From Chloroflexota bacterium (GTDB lineage Bacteria > Chloroflexota > Limnocylindria > Limnocylindrales > CSP1-4): a DNA stretch of 61,470 bases. Position numbers and translations under genes: made by a program. Below the pieces are notes generated by a model that ran no database searches, was not told the DNA's origin, and saw nothing but the letters and a program-made list of their open reading frames with translations. Shown here piece after piece: positions 12,174 through 20,326 of this stretch (its first letter is position 1; each line of letters opens with the position of its first letter). Location: positions 1 to 61,470 of the forward strand of contig JANMPD010000239.1 in NCBI GenBank assembly GCA_031369685.1, read 5' to 3'.

Positions 12174-13160
12174 TCACACCCCGATGGGGTGCCAGACCGT
12201 CTTCATCTCGAGGTAGGCAGCGATCCACTCCGGCCGCTCGGTGGCCCGGTCATCGAGCCAGTCAAATCGGTCCTCCCTGATGCCGAGGGGCCGGTGGGCG
12301 ATCCGCTTGACGTTGCCGGTGGCAAGGAGCTCGAGGTCCCGGCGCTCCGCGTCGTCGACGCCCCAGACATCGATCGCATCGACGTCATCGTGCGCGGCCA
12401 GGACCGGCGCCAGTTCCTTCTTGAACCCGGTGATCACGTTGACCACGCCGCCCGGGACATCCGACGTCGCGAGGACCTCGGAGAGCGTGATGGCGGGCAA
12501 GGGCCGCCCTTCGGACGTCAAGACCACGACCGCGTTTCCGGTCACGAGCGCCGGCGCCACGCGTGACACCAGGCCGAGCAGCGACGAGGTCTCGGGGGCC
12601 ACGATGCCGACGACACCGGTCGGCTCCGGGATCGTGAAGTTGAAGTAACTGCCAGCCACGGGGTTGGACGATCCCAGGATCTGGGCGATCTTGTCGGCCC
12701 AGCCGGCATACCAGACCCAGCGGTCGATGGCCCGATCAACGACTATCCGGGCACGATCGGCGCGCGTTCCTTCAGCCTGCGTCACCTCGGCGATGAACTG
12801 GTCCCGGCGACCTTCCATGAGCTCGGCGACGCGATACAGGACCTGCCCGCGGTTCATCGCCGTGCGGTCGGCCCAGCCTGGGAAGGCCTTGCGCGCGGCG
12901 CGGACGGCGTCGCGAACGTCCTTGCGGGATCCGCGGCAGGCGTTTGCCAGCGGCGTGCCGTCGGCAGCCGAGACCAGGTACGAACGACCGCTTTCCGTCC
13001 GCGGGAAGGCGCCCCCGATGTAGAGCTTGTAGGTCTTCCGGACGTCGATCCGCGGCGCGGGCGCGGGCGGCGTGACGGCCGCGGCATGCGTGACGGCCGC
13101 GGCAGCTGGCACCGCGAGCGAGCCGGCCCGAACAGCGCCCGAGCGGCTCCGGACCGCCAT
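12174..13160 (-). CDS. Short aldehyde-dehydrogenase-like protein (cofactor-binding part only, no catalytic domain)
   Basis: This is the C-terminal 328 codons of the artefactual 817-aa ORF. The ATG at 13160 overlaps the stop of the upstream ALDH (TGATG). ALDH N-terminal and Rossmann-type segments are present ('KTYKLYIGGAFPR', 'GVVGIVAPE', 'APALVTGNAVVV', 'PGGVVNVITG'). There is no ELGGK motif and no catalytic Cys motif. Confidence 0.7.
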   Translation of the reverse strand: MAVRSRSGAVRAGSLAVPAAAAVTHAAAVTPPAPAPRIDVRKTYKLYIGGAFPRTESGRSYLVSAADGTPLANACRGSRKDVRDAVRAARKAFPGWADRTAMNRGQVLYRVAELMEGRRDQFIAEVTQAEGTRADRARIVVDRAIDRWVWYAGWADKIAQILGSSNPVAGSYFNFTIPEPTGVVGIVAPETSSLLGLVSRVAPALVTGNAVVVLTSEGRPLPAITLSEVLATSDVPGGVVNVITGFKKELAPVLAAHDDVDAIDVWGVDDAERRDLELLATGNVKRIAHRPLGIREDRFDWLDDRATERPEWIAAYLEMKTVWHPIGV

Positions 13161-14695
13161 CAGCGATCCTCCAACCGGACGTAGGCATGGAGCCCGTGCA
13201 TCCCGCCCTCGCGACCAAAGCCCGATTCCTTGTAGCCGCCGAAGGGCGATGCCGGATCGAACCGATTGAACGTATTCGCCCAGACGACCCCGGCCCGCAT
13301 CCGGCGGGCCATCGACAGGATCCGGCTCCCCTTCTCCGTCCAGATCCCGGCCGACAGGCCGAACGGCGTGTTGTTCGCCTTCTCGACGGCCTCTTCCGGC
13401 GTCCGGAAGGACAGCACCGACAGCACCGGCCCGAAGATCTCCTCCTTCGCGATCCGATGGCTCTGCGCGACGTTCGTGAAGAGGGTGGGTCGGAAGAAAT
13501 AGCCACGATCCGGGAGGTCGCAATTGGGCTGGTAGAGCTCCGCGCCCTCGGCGACGCCGGCCGCCACGAGTTCCGTGATCTTGTCCAGTTGCTGGCGGGA
13601 ATTGATCGCGCCGACATCGGTGTTCTTGTCGAGAGGATCTCCGACCCGGATGGTCGCGAGTCGATCCTTGAGCTTCTCGATGAGCGGCTCCACGATCGAT
13701 TCCTGCGCCAGCAGGCGCGACCCCGCGCAGCACACCTCGCCCTGGTTGAAGTAGATCCCGTTGACGATGCCCTCGACGGCCTGGTCCAGCGCGGCATCCT
13801 CGAACACGATGTTCGCGGCCTTGCCGCCGAGCTCGAGGGTCAGGGCCTTGTCCGTTCCAGCGACGGCCCGATGGATGAGCTTGCCGACACCGGTCGAACC
13901 CGTGAACGCGACCTTGTCCACGCCGGGGCTGGAGACGAGATGCATGCCGATGGCGGCCGGGCCCGGCACTATGTTCACGACGCCGGGCGGCAGATCGGCC
14001 TGTCGACAGACCTCGGCGAACAGCAACGCGCTCAGGGGCGTCGTTGAGGCCGGTTTCAACACGACCGTGTTGCCGGCGGCGAGGGCTGGCGCGATCTTCC
14101 AGGCGAGCATCAGGAGCGGGAAGTTCCAGGGGATCACCTGGGCGGCAACGCCCAGCGGCTTTGCATCCCGGCCGGGGAAGGCATATTCGAGCTTGTCTGC
14201 CCAGCCCGCGTAGTACCAGAAATGCGCCGCGGCGAGCGGTACGTCGACGTCCCGGCTCTCCTTGATCGGCTTGCCGGAATCCATCGTCTCGAGGACCGCG
14301 AACTCGCGGCTGCGTTCCTGGAGGATCCGGGCGATACGGAACAGGTACTTGGCGCGCTCGCGACCCGGCAGTGCCCCCCAACTGCCCTTCTGGGCTCGCC
14401 GTGCGGCCCGAATGGCGCGATCGATGTCCTCGGGCGTGGCGCGCGCGACGTCGGCGAGCTTCTCTTCCGTGGACGGGTCGATCGTCGCGAAGACCGCACC
14501 ATCGGACGACTCGCTGAACTTGCCGTTGATGAACAGCCCGTAGCGATCCTGGAGCCGGACGACGTCGCGGGCCTCGGGAGCCGCCGCGTACTCCCACGGA
14601 ATGGCCTGTCCGTCGCCGAGACCCCATCCGGCCGGCCCGCGGTCACCTGACCAGGGCCGGAGGTTCGCTGGTTCGTTCGTCACGTGGGGCATCAT
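13160..14695 (-). CDS. NAD(P)-dependent aldehyde dehydrogenase (full length)
   Basis: 'PWNFPLLM', 'ELGGKAANIVFEDA' and catalytic 'GEVCCAGSR' are present. The start is at 'MMPHVTNE' (14695 or 14692). The upstream part of the 727-aa ORF is shadow. Confidence 0.9.
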   Translation of the reverse strand: MMPHVTNEPANLRPWSGDRGPAGWGLGDGQAIPWEYAAAPEARDVVRLQDRYGLFINGKFSESSDGAVFATIDPSTEEKLADVARATPEDIDRAIRAARRAQKGSWGALPGRERAKYLFRIARILQERSREFAVLETMDSGKPIKESRDVDVPLAAAHFWYYAGWADKLEYAFPGRDAKPLGVAAQVIPWNFPLLMLAWKIAPALAAGNTVVLKPASTTPLSALLFAEVCRQADLPPGVVNIVPGPAAIGMHLVSSPGVDKVAFTGSTGVGKLIHRAVAGTDKALTLELGGKAANIVFEDAALDQAVEGIVNGIYFNQGEVCCAGSRLLAQESIVEPLIEKLKDRLATIRVGDPLDKNTDVGAINSRQQLDKITELVAAGVAEGAELYQPNCDLPDRGYFFRPTLFTNVAQSHRIAKEEIFGPVLSVLSFRTPEEAVEKANNTPFGLSAGIWTEKGSRILSMARRMRAGVVWANTFNRFDPASPFGGYKESGFGREGGMHGLHAYVRLEDR

Positions 14696-14734
14696 ACCCG
14701 GGATGAACGCTCCCTCGGCCGTGTCCGGCCGATC

Positions 14735-15394
14735 ATGACGAACCTGGAACTGGTGCTCCTGACGGCCGCCGGCGCCGTCGCCGCGATCGACTGGTACGCC
14801 GTGGCGCGGGGTGACGCCCGGCGCGAGCGCGTGGCGAAACCGGCGGTCATCGCGCTCCTGCTCGTTGCGGCGTTCCTCGGCGACCCCGAGGCGCGGCCGG
14901 TGAGCCTGCTGCTGGCGGCGGCACTCGCGGCGTCGTTCTTCGGCGACGTCCTGTTGCTCCCGCCAGTCCGGTTCCGTGCCGGGCTGACAGCGTTCCTCCT
15001 CGCCCACGTGGCCTACCTCGCCGCGTTTCTGCTCGGGCCGTTGCATGCCCCCGGAGCGGCCATCGGCGGCGTGGTTGGGGTTGCCGTTCTGATTCTCGCG
15101 GGCCGACCGATCCTGCGCGGCGCGACGGCGGCAGGGATGCGACGTCCCGTGGCGGCGTACTTCGCGGCAATCGTCCTGATGGCGATCGCCGCGACGGCGA
15201 GCGGTTCGTGGGTCGCTGCCGCAGGCGCGTGGCTGTTCGTGACCTCGGACTCGGTACTCGGCTGGCGTCAGTTCGTGGACGATCCCGAACGGACCGCCGC
15301 CGCCCCGCCCTGGCACCGGCTCGGAGTGATGGTCCCCTACCACCTCGGCCAGATCCTGTTGACCGCTGCGATCCTGGTCCAGCGGGCATCATGA
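14735..15394 (+). CDS. YhhN-family (lysoplasmalogenase-like) membrane protein
   Basis: Hydrophobic protein of about 220 aa with 'FFGDVLLL' and 'FVTSDSVLGW' motifs characteristic of YhhN. The start is taken at 'MTNLELV' to avoid overlap with the divergent ALDH start. Confidence 0.7.
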   Translation: MTNLELVLLTAAGAVAAIDWYAVARGDARRERVAKPAVIALLLVAAFLGDPEARPVSLLLAAALAASFFGDVLLLPPVRFRAGLTAFLLAHVAYLAAFLLGPLHAPGAAIGGVVGVAVLILAGRPILRGATAAGMRRPVAAYFAAIVLMAIAATASGSWVAAAGAWLFVTSDSVLGWRQFVDDPERTAAAPPWHRLGVMVPYHLGQILLTAAILVQRAS

Positions 15395-15452
15395 ACGCCC
15401 ACAACCCGCGCGCCGTCGACGGCGCCCCGCCTCCCTGGAGGACCTCGACCAC

Positions 15453-17270
15453 GTGACCGACCCCGCTCCTGTTTGGCAACACCGCTTCCGGGCGCCCGTC
15501 ATCGGCTTTCCGACCTGGTCGCGAAGCGCTCCCGACCGGCTCGTCTACGTCTCCTCGGCGAGTGGCATCTACCAGCTCCACTCGTGGGATCTCGCCACCG
15601 GCGTGCACCGCCAGATCACGAGCGAGCCGATCGGTCTCGTCTCCGGCCAGGTCAGCGCCGACGGCGAGTGGGTCCTGTGGCATCGCGACACGACCGGGTC
15701 CGAGGCCGGCGAGTGGGTGGCAGCCCCGTTCACGGGCGGCGAGCCCGAGCCGCTCGCCGCGGGCCTTCCGGTCGGCTGGGACGAAGGCATGGCACCCGGA
15801 CGGGTCCGATCGGTCGCGGTCATCAGCAACGAGGCCGGCTTCGGGCTGTACGTGATCGATGATTCAGGGATGGCGAGGAACCTCGCGTCCAGCACGGAAT
15901 CGATCCTGCTCGGCGGCGCCGACGCCACGATTCGTGGTGGCACTGAGCTGGCGGGCCTGTCCGCCGACGAGACGCTCGTCGCCATCGAGCACGGCGAACA
16001 TGGGGATCTCATTCACCCCGCTCTGCGGATCATCGACGCCCGGACCGGGGCCGTGGTCGCCGATCTGCGTGATGAGGGCCGGTCGCTCATGGCCGCGGCC
16101 TGGTCTCCGATCCGGGGCGACCAGCGGCTGGCGATCGTCCACGAGCGCCGCGGCGAGTGCGCGCCGGCCATCTGGCGCCCATCCAGTCCCGACATCGAGG
16201 ACCTCCCTCTGCCCTGGTCCAACCACACCGAGGTGGGCGACTGGTGGCCCGACGGGTCTGCGCTGCTGCTCGTGGAGCTGGTCGGCGGGCGCCATCGACT
16301 CCATCGGTACGACCTCGGAAGCGGCACGGTGACCACCCTTCCGACGCGGCCGGGATCCGTCTCAGGGGCCCGGGTCCGGCCCGACGGCTCGGTCTGGTAC
16401 CGACTCCAGGACGGCGAGCACCCGGGCGTGCTGCTCCAGGTCGGTCGGGAGGAGCCCATTCTCGACCCCGGACTCGCGCCGGCGGGCCGGCCGTTCATCC
16501 CGTGGTCGTTCCCGAATCCGCACGGACAGACCGTCACGGGCTGGCGGATCGAGCCGGAAGGCGAGGCCCCGTATCCGACCCTGGTCCATGTCCACGGCGG
16601 TCCGACGTCGGTCGATCTCGATCGCTGGGCACCGGATCTCCAGGCCTATGTGGACGCGGGTTTCCAGGTCGTGCTGGTGAACTACCGCGGGTCGATCGGC
16701 TTCGGCGCGGAGTGGCGAGACACGCTCATCGGCAACATCGGCTGGCCGGAACTCGAGGACATCAACGCGGGCGTGGACGACCTCCTCGCGAAGGGTCTCG
16801 CGGATTCGTCGAGGATCGCCATCGCCGGCTGGTCGTGGGGCGGCTACCTGACGCTGCTGATGCACGGCATGCACCCGGATCGGTTCAGATCGGGCGTCGC
16901 TGGAGTGCCGGTCGGCGATTACGCGCTCGGTTATAGGCATCTCTCCCCGTTGCTCCAGGCCTACGACCGCGCCCTGCTGGGCGGAACGCCGGACGAGGTC
17001 CCGCAGCTGATGGCCGAGCGCTCGCCGATCTCGTATGTCGACAACGTCAAGGCCCCGATCCTGTTCCTGGCCGGCGAGGCCGACAGTCGATGTCCGATCG
17101 GGCAGGTCCTCGCCTACACGGATCGCCTGGCGGCGCGAAGCCACCCGCACGAGCTGTACCTGTTCCCCTCGGGCCACGCCCCGTTCCAGATCGACGAGCG
17201 GATCAAGCAGACCGGCGTCGTGCTCGACTTTCTGGCACGGACCGTGCCGGGAATCCGCGTTCCGCATTGA
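15453..17270 (+). CDS. S9 family serine peptidase (prolyl oligopeptidase / acylaminoacyl peptidase type)
   Basis: GTG start preceded by GGAGG. N-terminal propeller-like region plus a C-terminal alpha/beta hydrolase with nucleophile elbow 'GWSWGGYL'. Confidence 0.85.
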   Translation: MTDPAPVWQHRFRAPVIGFPTWSRSAPDRLVYVSSASGIYQLHSWDLATGVHRQITSEPIGLVSGQVSADGEWVLWHRDTTGSEAGEWVAAPFTGGEPEPLAAGLPVGWDEGMAPGRVRSVAVISNEAGFGLYVIDDSGMARNLASSTESILLGGADATIRGGTELAGLSADETLVAIEHGEHGDLIHPALRIIDARTGAVVADLRDEGRSLMAAAWSPIRGDQRLAIVHERRGECAPAIWRPSSPDIEDLPLPWSNHTEVGDWWPDGSALLLVELVGGRHRLHRYDLGSGTVTTLPTRPGSVSGARVRPDGSVWYRLQDGEHPGVLLQVGREEPILDPGLAPAGRPFIPWSFPNPHGQTVTGWRIEPEGEAPYPTLVHVHGGPTSVDLDRWAPDLQAYVDAGFQVVLVNYRGSIGFGAEWRDTLIGNIGWPELEDINAGVDDLLAKGLADSSRIAIAGWSWGGYLTLLMHGMHPDRFRSGVAGVPVGDYALGYRHLSPLLQAYDRALLGGTPDEVPQLMAERSPISYVDNVKAPILFLAGEADSRCPIGQVLAYTDRLAARSHPHELYLFPSGHAPFQIDERIKQTGVVLDFLARTVPGIRVPH

Positions 17271-17646
17271 CGGTCGACCCCCGGGTGCCGTACGTGACCG
17301 ATGCGGCCAGGGCAGGCGTGCCATCAGGTTCCTGGCGCCAGAGGGCGAGAAGATCGCCATGGCCGTTCCAGGTCGGCAGGTACGTGCCCTTGGCACTCCC
17401 GGCGTTGGTGACGACGAGCTTGGTCGGGGCCTTGGCGCTGCTTGAGCAGGCCGTGCCGGTGTTGCGATAGGCGAGCTGGTCAACGGGCGTCGTAGTCACC
17501 GAGCCTCAACGCGGCGGCTATCCGCGTGGCAGCCCAGAGTCTCCATCGAAATCAGGGCGGTTCAAACAGCCTCGTGATCGCTCTCTACGGAGCGGTTTTC
17601 CGTGCACGCTCCGGGATCCCGGTAGGTCGAGCCGCTCTTCGACTTG

Positions 17647-17976
17647 TTACGCAGTCGGGCTCGGGATCAGCGGCGGGCACACGGTTGCGGTAGTCGCAAG
17701 GAGTACGCCATTGATATCGACGAAGTCCGCCGCGCAGCGTCCGTCGACCGCGGGACCCCGAGTCAGAACAAGCCTTGCGGTTGTCGTCGCCAGCGTGGGG
17801 TCTCGCAGGAGCACGCTCTCGCCCCAGCTGTCACAAGCCGTCTTGGCCAGCGGGGGCCGACACTCTATCACCGGGAGGTTCATGGCAGGCGACGGGAAGG
17901 GGACCGTTTCGCAGGCACTCGCCATGAGCGCGACCAGGAGACCCAGCCCACCTCGTACCACACCGGAGGCGGCCAT
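17647..17976 (-). CDS. Small Cys-rich putative lipoprotein (hypothetical)
   Basis: Signal-like 'MAASGVVRGGLGLLVALMASAC', followed by about 85 aa containing 5 further Cys. Third-position GC is moderately high. I recognise no family motif, and the gene lies in the low-GC islet. Confidence 0.4.
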   Translation of the reverse strand: MAASGVVRGGLGLLVALMASACETVPFPSPAMNLPVIECRPPLAKTACDSWGESVLLRDPTLATTTARLVLTRGPAVDGRCAADFVDINGVLLATTATVCPPLIPSPTA

Positions 17977-18300
17977 CCGAGTTCCGGTGCGCACTCGCCG
18001 AGCGGATTTAGTCCTAGGCCTACAGACGGTCAGAAGTCCGTGGGTCTGTCAGTGCCAACTGTCGAACCTTCTTGTGAGCCACGGCACGTGAGCCCCGATC
18101 ACGCGGTAGGAACAACTTGATCGAGCTGGGTACTGGTCCCCGATTCGTCGCGGACGCGCTGTCCAATCCGAGTCGCCGACGACATCGCTCATGTCAACCA
18201 TGCTAAACCTCGCATCGCGACCATGTTTGCACCGTCAACATCGGGGGATGGCCGAGGACGGACTGTCACCGACCCCGTAATCGTGCAGTCCCAGATCCCG

Positions 18301-19218
18301 TCAGGGCTGGAGCGTCGATCCGAGCGGGATGCCGTCGACGAGATAGGTTCCGGTCGGCCCGGAGACCACGAGATCGAACGTGCGGGCCCCGTCGTACGCG
18401 ATGGACACCGCAGAGGCCACGACCGAACCGTCGACCGCATCGCCCACGCGAAGGTCTGCGATGCGTCGCCCGTCGGCGAGCGGATGGCCGGGCGATGCCG
18501 TCACGGTTCGCCCATCGGCCAGGATGAGATGAACGACACGGTGATTGATCGGTGCCACGGTTGAACCCAGGGCGATGACCGTTCCCTCGATCCGTCGTCC
18601 CGACGCGTCGAGCGTCCAGACCGGGTCTCCGATTCTCAGCCCTTCGACGGCGACCCCGCCATTCGGCGTCTCGATCAGCGTCCCTCGGGCGAGGCAGATC
18701 GGACAGATGGGCTCCGATGCCGCAGCCTGCTGCTCGACCGCGATCGAGCCATCGGTCCTGATCGTGCCGGCGGTTCTTGTACCCTCCGCCCCGCCCGCCT
18801 TTGGCTGGGCCAGATAGTCGAAGCGGTAGGTGTCGTTGCCGATCGGGTCGAGCGCAATGGCCTGGACGACCTTCCAGGATCGATACAGGGTCAGGCGCTG
18901 GTCGTCCGTGAACGGCCCCGCCGGATCGAGGCCCGCGGCGTCGGCAATGGCCTTGAACGCGGCTCCGTCGGCCGTGACCTCCGCCCAACGCTCCTTGGCG
19001 CTCTGGATTTCGTCCTGGCGCTGGATCGGGTAGAAGTCCCGATCGCAATACCAGAGTTCGCCGTAGGTCGAGATCAGCGCGAGCTTCAGCTCGGTGACCG
19101 AGCGGGCCGGACCCGGGGTCGGCGACGGGGAGGACGACGAGATCGGGGCACCCCCGGACCTGCATGCTGCGACAAGCAGAGCGAGGGCGATGCCGATGAG
19201 CATGATCCGTCGGTTCAT
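18301..19218 (-). CDS. Lipoprotein with C-terminal Hint (intein/Hedgehog-like, bacterial intein-like) domain
   Basis: Lipobox 'MNRRIMLIGIALALLVAAC'. About 155 aa with no motif I recognise. Then Hint blocks 'CLARGTLIETPNGGVAVEGLRIGDPVW', 'TVTASPGHPL' (TxxH) and 'FDLVVSGPTGTYLVDGIPLGS'. The stop follows 5 residues later. Confidence 0.7.
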   Translation of the reverse strand: MNRRIMLIGIALALLVAACRSGGAPISSSSPSPTPGPARSVTELKLALISTYGELWYCDRDFYPIQRQDEIQSAKERWAEVTADGAAFKAIADAAGLDPAGPFTDDQRLTLYRSWKVVQAIALDPIGNDTYRFDYLAQPKAGGAEGTRTAGTIRTDGSIAVEQQAAASEPICPICLARGTLIETPNGGVAVEGLRIGDPVWTLDASGRRIEGTVIALGSTVAPINHRVVHLILADGRTVTASPGHPLADGRRIADLRVGDAVDGSVVASAVSIAYDGARTFDLVVSGPTGTYLVDGIPLGSTLQP

Positions 19219-19282
19219 GGTCGGCAGACGCCGTGACAGCGCATCCGGTTCCGGGTCGTCCGACGACACTGCCGTGACGGCC

Positions 19283-20266
19283 TCAGTCGAGGGTGAAGTG
19301 GTCCGGGCCCTGGTAGCGACCCGTCCGCTCCTTCTCGATCTGCATCAGGACGTCGTTCAGGAGGCTCGACGCACCGAACCGGAACCGATCCGGGGTCATC
19401 CAGCGCGGCCCGAGCGTCTCGTACAGGACCACGAGGTACTGGATGGCCTCCTTGGCCGTCCGGATCCCGCCGGCCGGCTTCATGCCCACGGCGCGGCCGG
19501 TGGCCTTCTCGAAGTCGCGGATCGCCTCGAACATGACGAGGGTCACGGGCAGCGTCGCAGCCGGCGTGACCTTGCCGGTGGACGTCTTGATGAAGTCGGC
19601 TCCGGCGGCCATGGCCAGGATGCTCGCGCGCCGGACGTTGTCGTAGGTCTCGAGCTCGCCCGTCTCGAGAATGACCTTCAGGTGCACGTCGCCACAGGCT
19701 TCCTTGACCTCGACGATCTCATCGAACACGGCGCCGTACTGGCCGCTCAAGAAGGCGCCGCGATCGATCACCATGTCGATCTCATCGGCGCCGGCGGACA
19801 CGGCAGCCCGAACCTCGGCGAGCTTGATATCGATGAACGACTGGCCGGATGGAAAGGCCGTCGCGACGCTCGCGACCTTGACGCTCGAGCCCTTCAGCGC
19901 GTCCTTCGCGTCCGCGATCATCGTGGGATAGACGCAGATGGCCGCCACGGACGGGATCGAGGGATCGCCTGGCTGCGGGTGCATCCCCTTGGCGCACAGC
20001 GCCCGGATCTTGCCCGGTGTGTCCTTTCCCTCGAGGGTCGTCAGATCCATCATCCGGATCGCGAGGTCGAGGGCCCACAGCTTCGATGCCTTCTTGATGG
20101 AACGTTTCTTGAGGTTCTCGACGCGGAGCTCCACGCCCACCTGGTCGACGGCGGTCAGGCGGCCGAGCACGGATCCGAGTGGACCGGGGCGTCCGCCCGC
20201 CCAGGCCCGAACGAGCTCGCTGGCGCGCTCGCGGGTGAGGGTATCGGTCCGGCTCGAGCTGGTCAT
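19283..20266 (-). CDS. deoC: Deoxyribose-phosphate aldolase (long actinobacterial form)
   Basis: Schiff-base lysine motif 'GADFIKTSTGKV'. 327 aa with an ATG start. Confidence 0.9.
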   Translation of the reverse strand: MTSSSRTDTLTRERASELVRAWAGGRPGPLGSVLGRLTAVDQVGVELRVENLKKRSIKKASKLWALDLAIRMMDLTTLEGKDTPGKIRALCAKGMHPQPGDPSIPSVAAICVYPTMIADAKDALKGSSVKVASVATAFPSGQSFIDIKLAEVRAAVSAGADEIDMVIDRGAFLSGQYGAVFDEIVEVKEACGDVHLKVILETGELETYDNVRRASILAMAAGADFIKTSTGKVTPAATLPVTLVMFEAIRDFEKATGRAVGMKPAGGIRTAKEAIQYLVVLYETLGPRWMTPDRFRFGASSLLNDVLMQIEKERTGRYQGPDHFTLD

Positions 20267-20326
20267 CGGACGGTGAGGATACCGCCGATCAGGTCCCGCG
20301 GGGACGCTCCCGATGGTGGCAGGCGG

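Noticed and set aside
12174-14627. 817-aa ORF that looks like one giant protein.
   Set aside because: Only its last 328 codons (from ATG 13160) look like protein (ALDH-like). The upstream part is Arg/Gly/Pro-rich and lies out of frame over the real ALDH gene (13160-14695). This is a typical shadow ORF of high-GC DNA.
17203-17499. 98-aa ORF as a bona fide gene or annotated RHS pseudogene.
   Set aside because: The RHS-core resemblance is a weak by-eye match over about 35 residues. The ORF tail overlaps the S9 peptidase 3' end. It is kept only as a hypothesis inside the islet finding, not as a feature.
17559-17567. T-loop-like 'GGTTCAAAC' that might mark a tRNA.
   Set aside because: The flanking sequence cannot form a T-stem, acceptor stem or anticodon arm. 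No other tRNA-like or rRNA-like segment was seen anywhere in the window.
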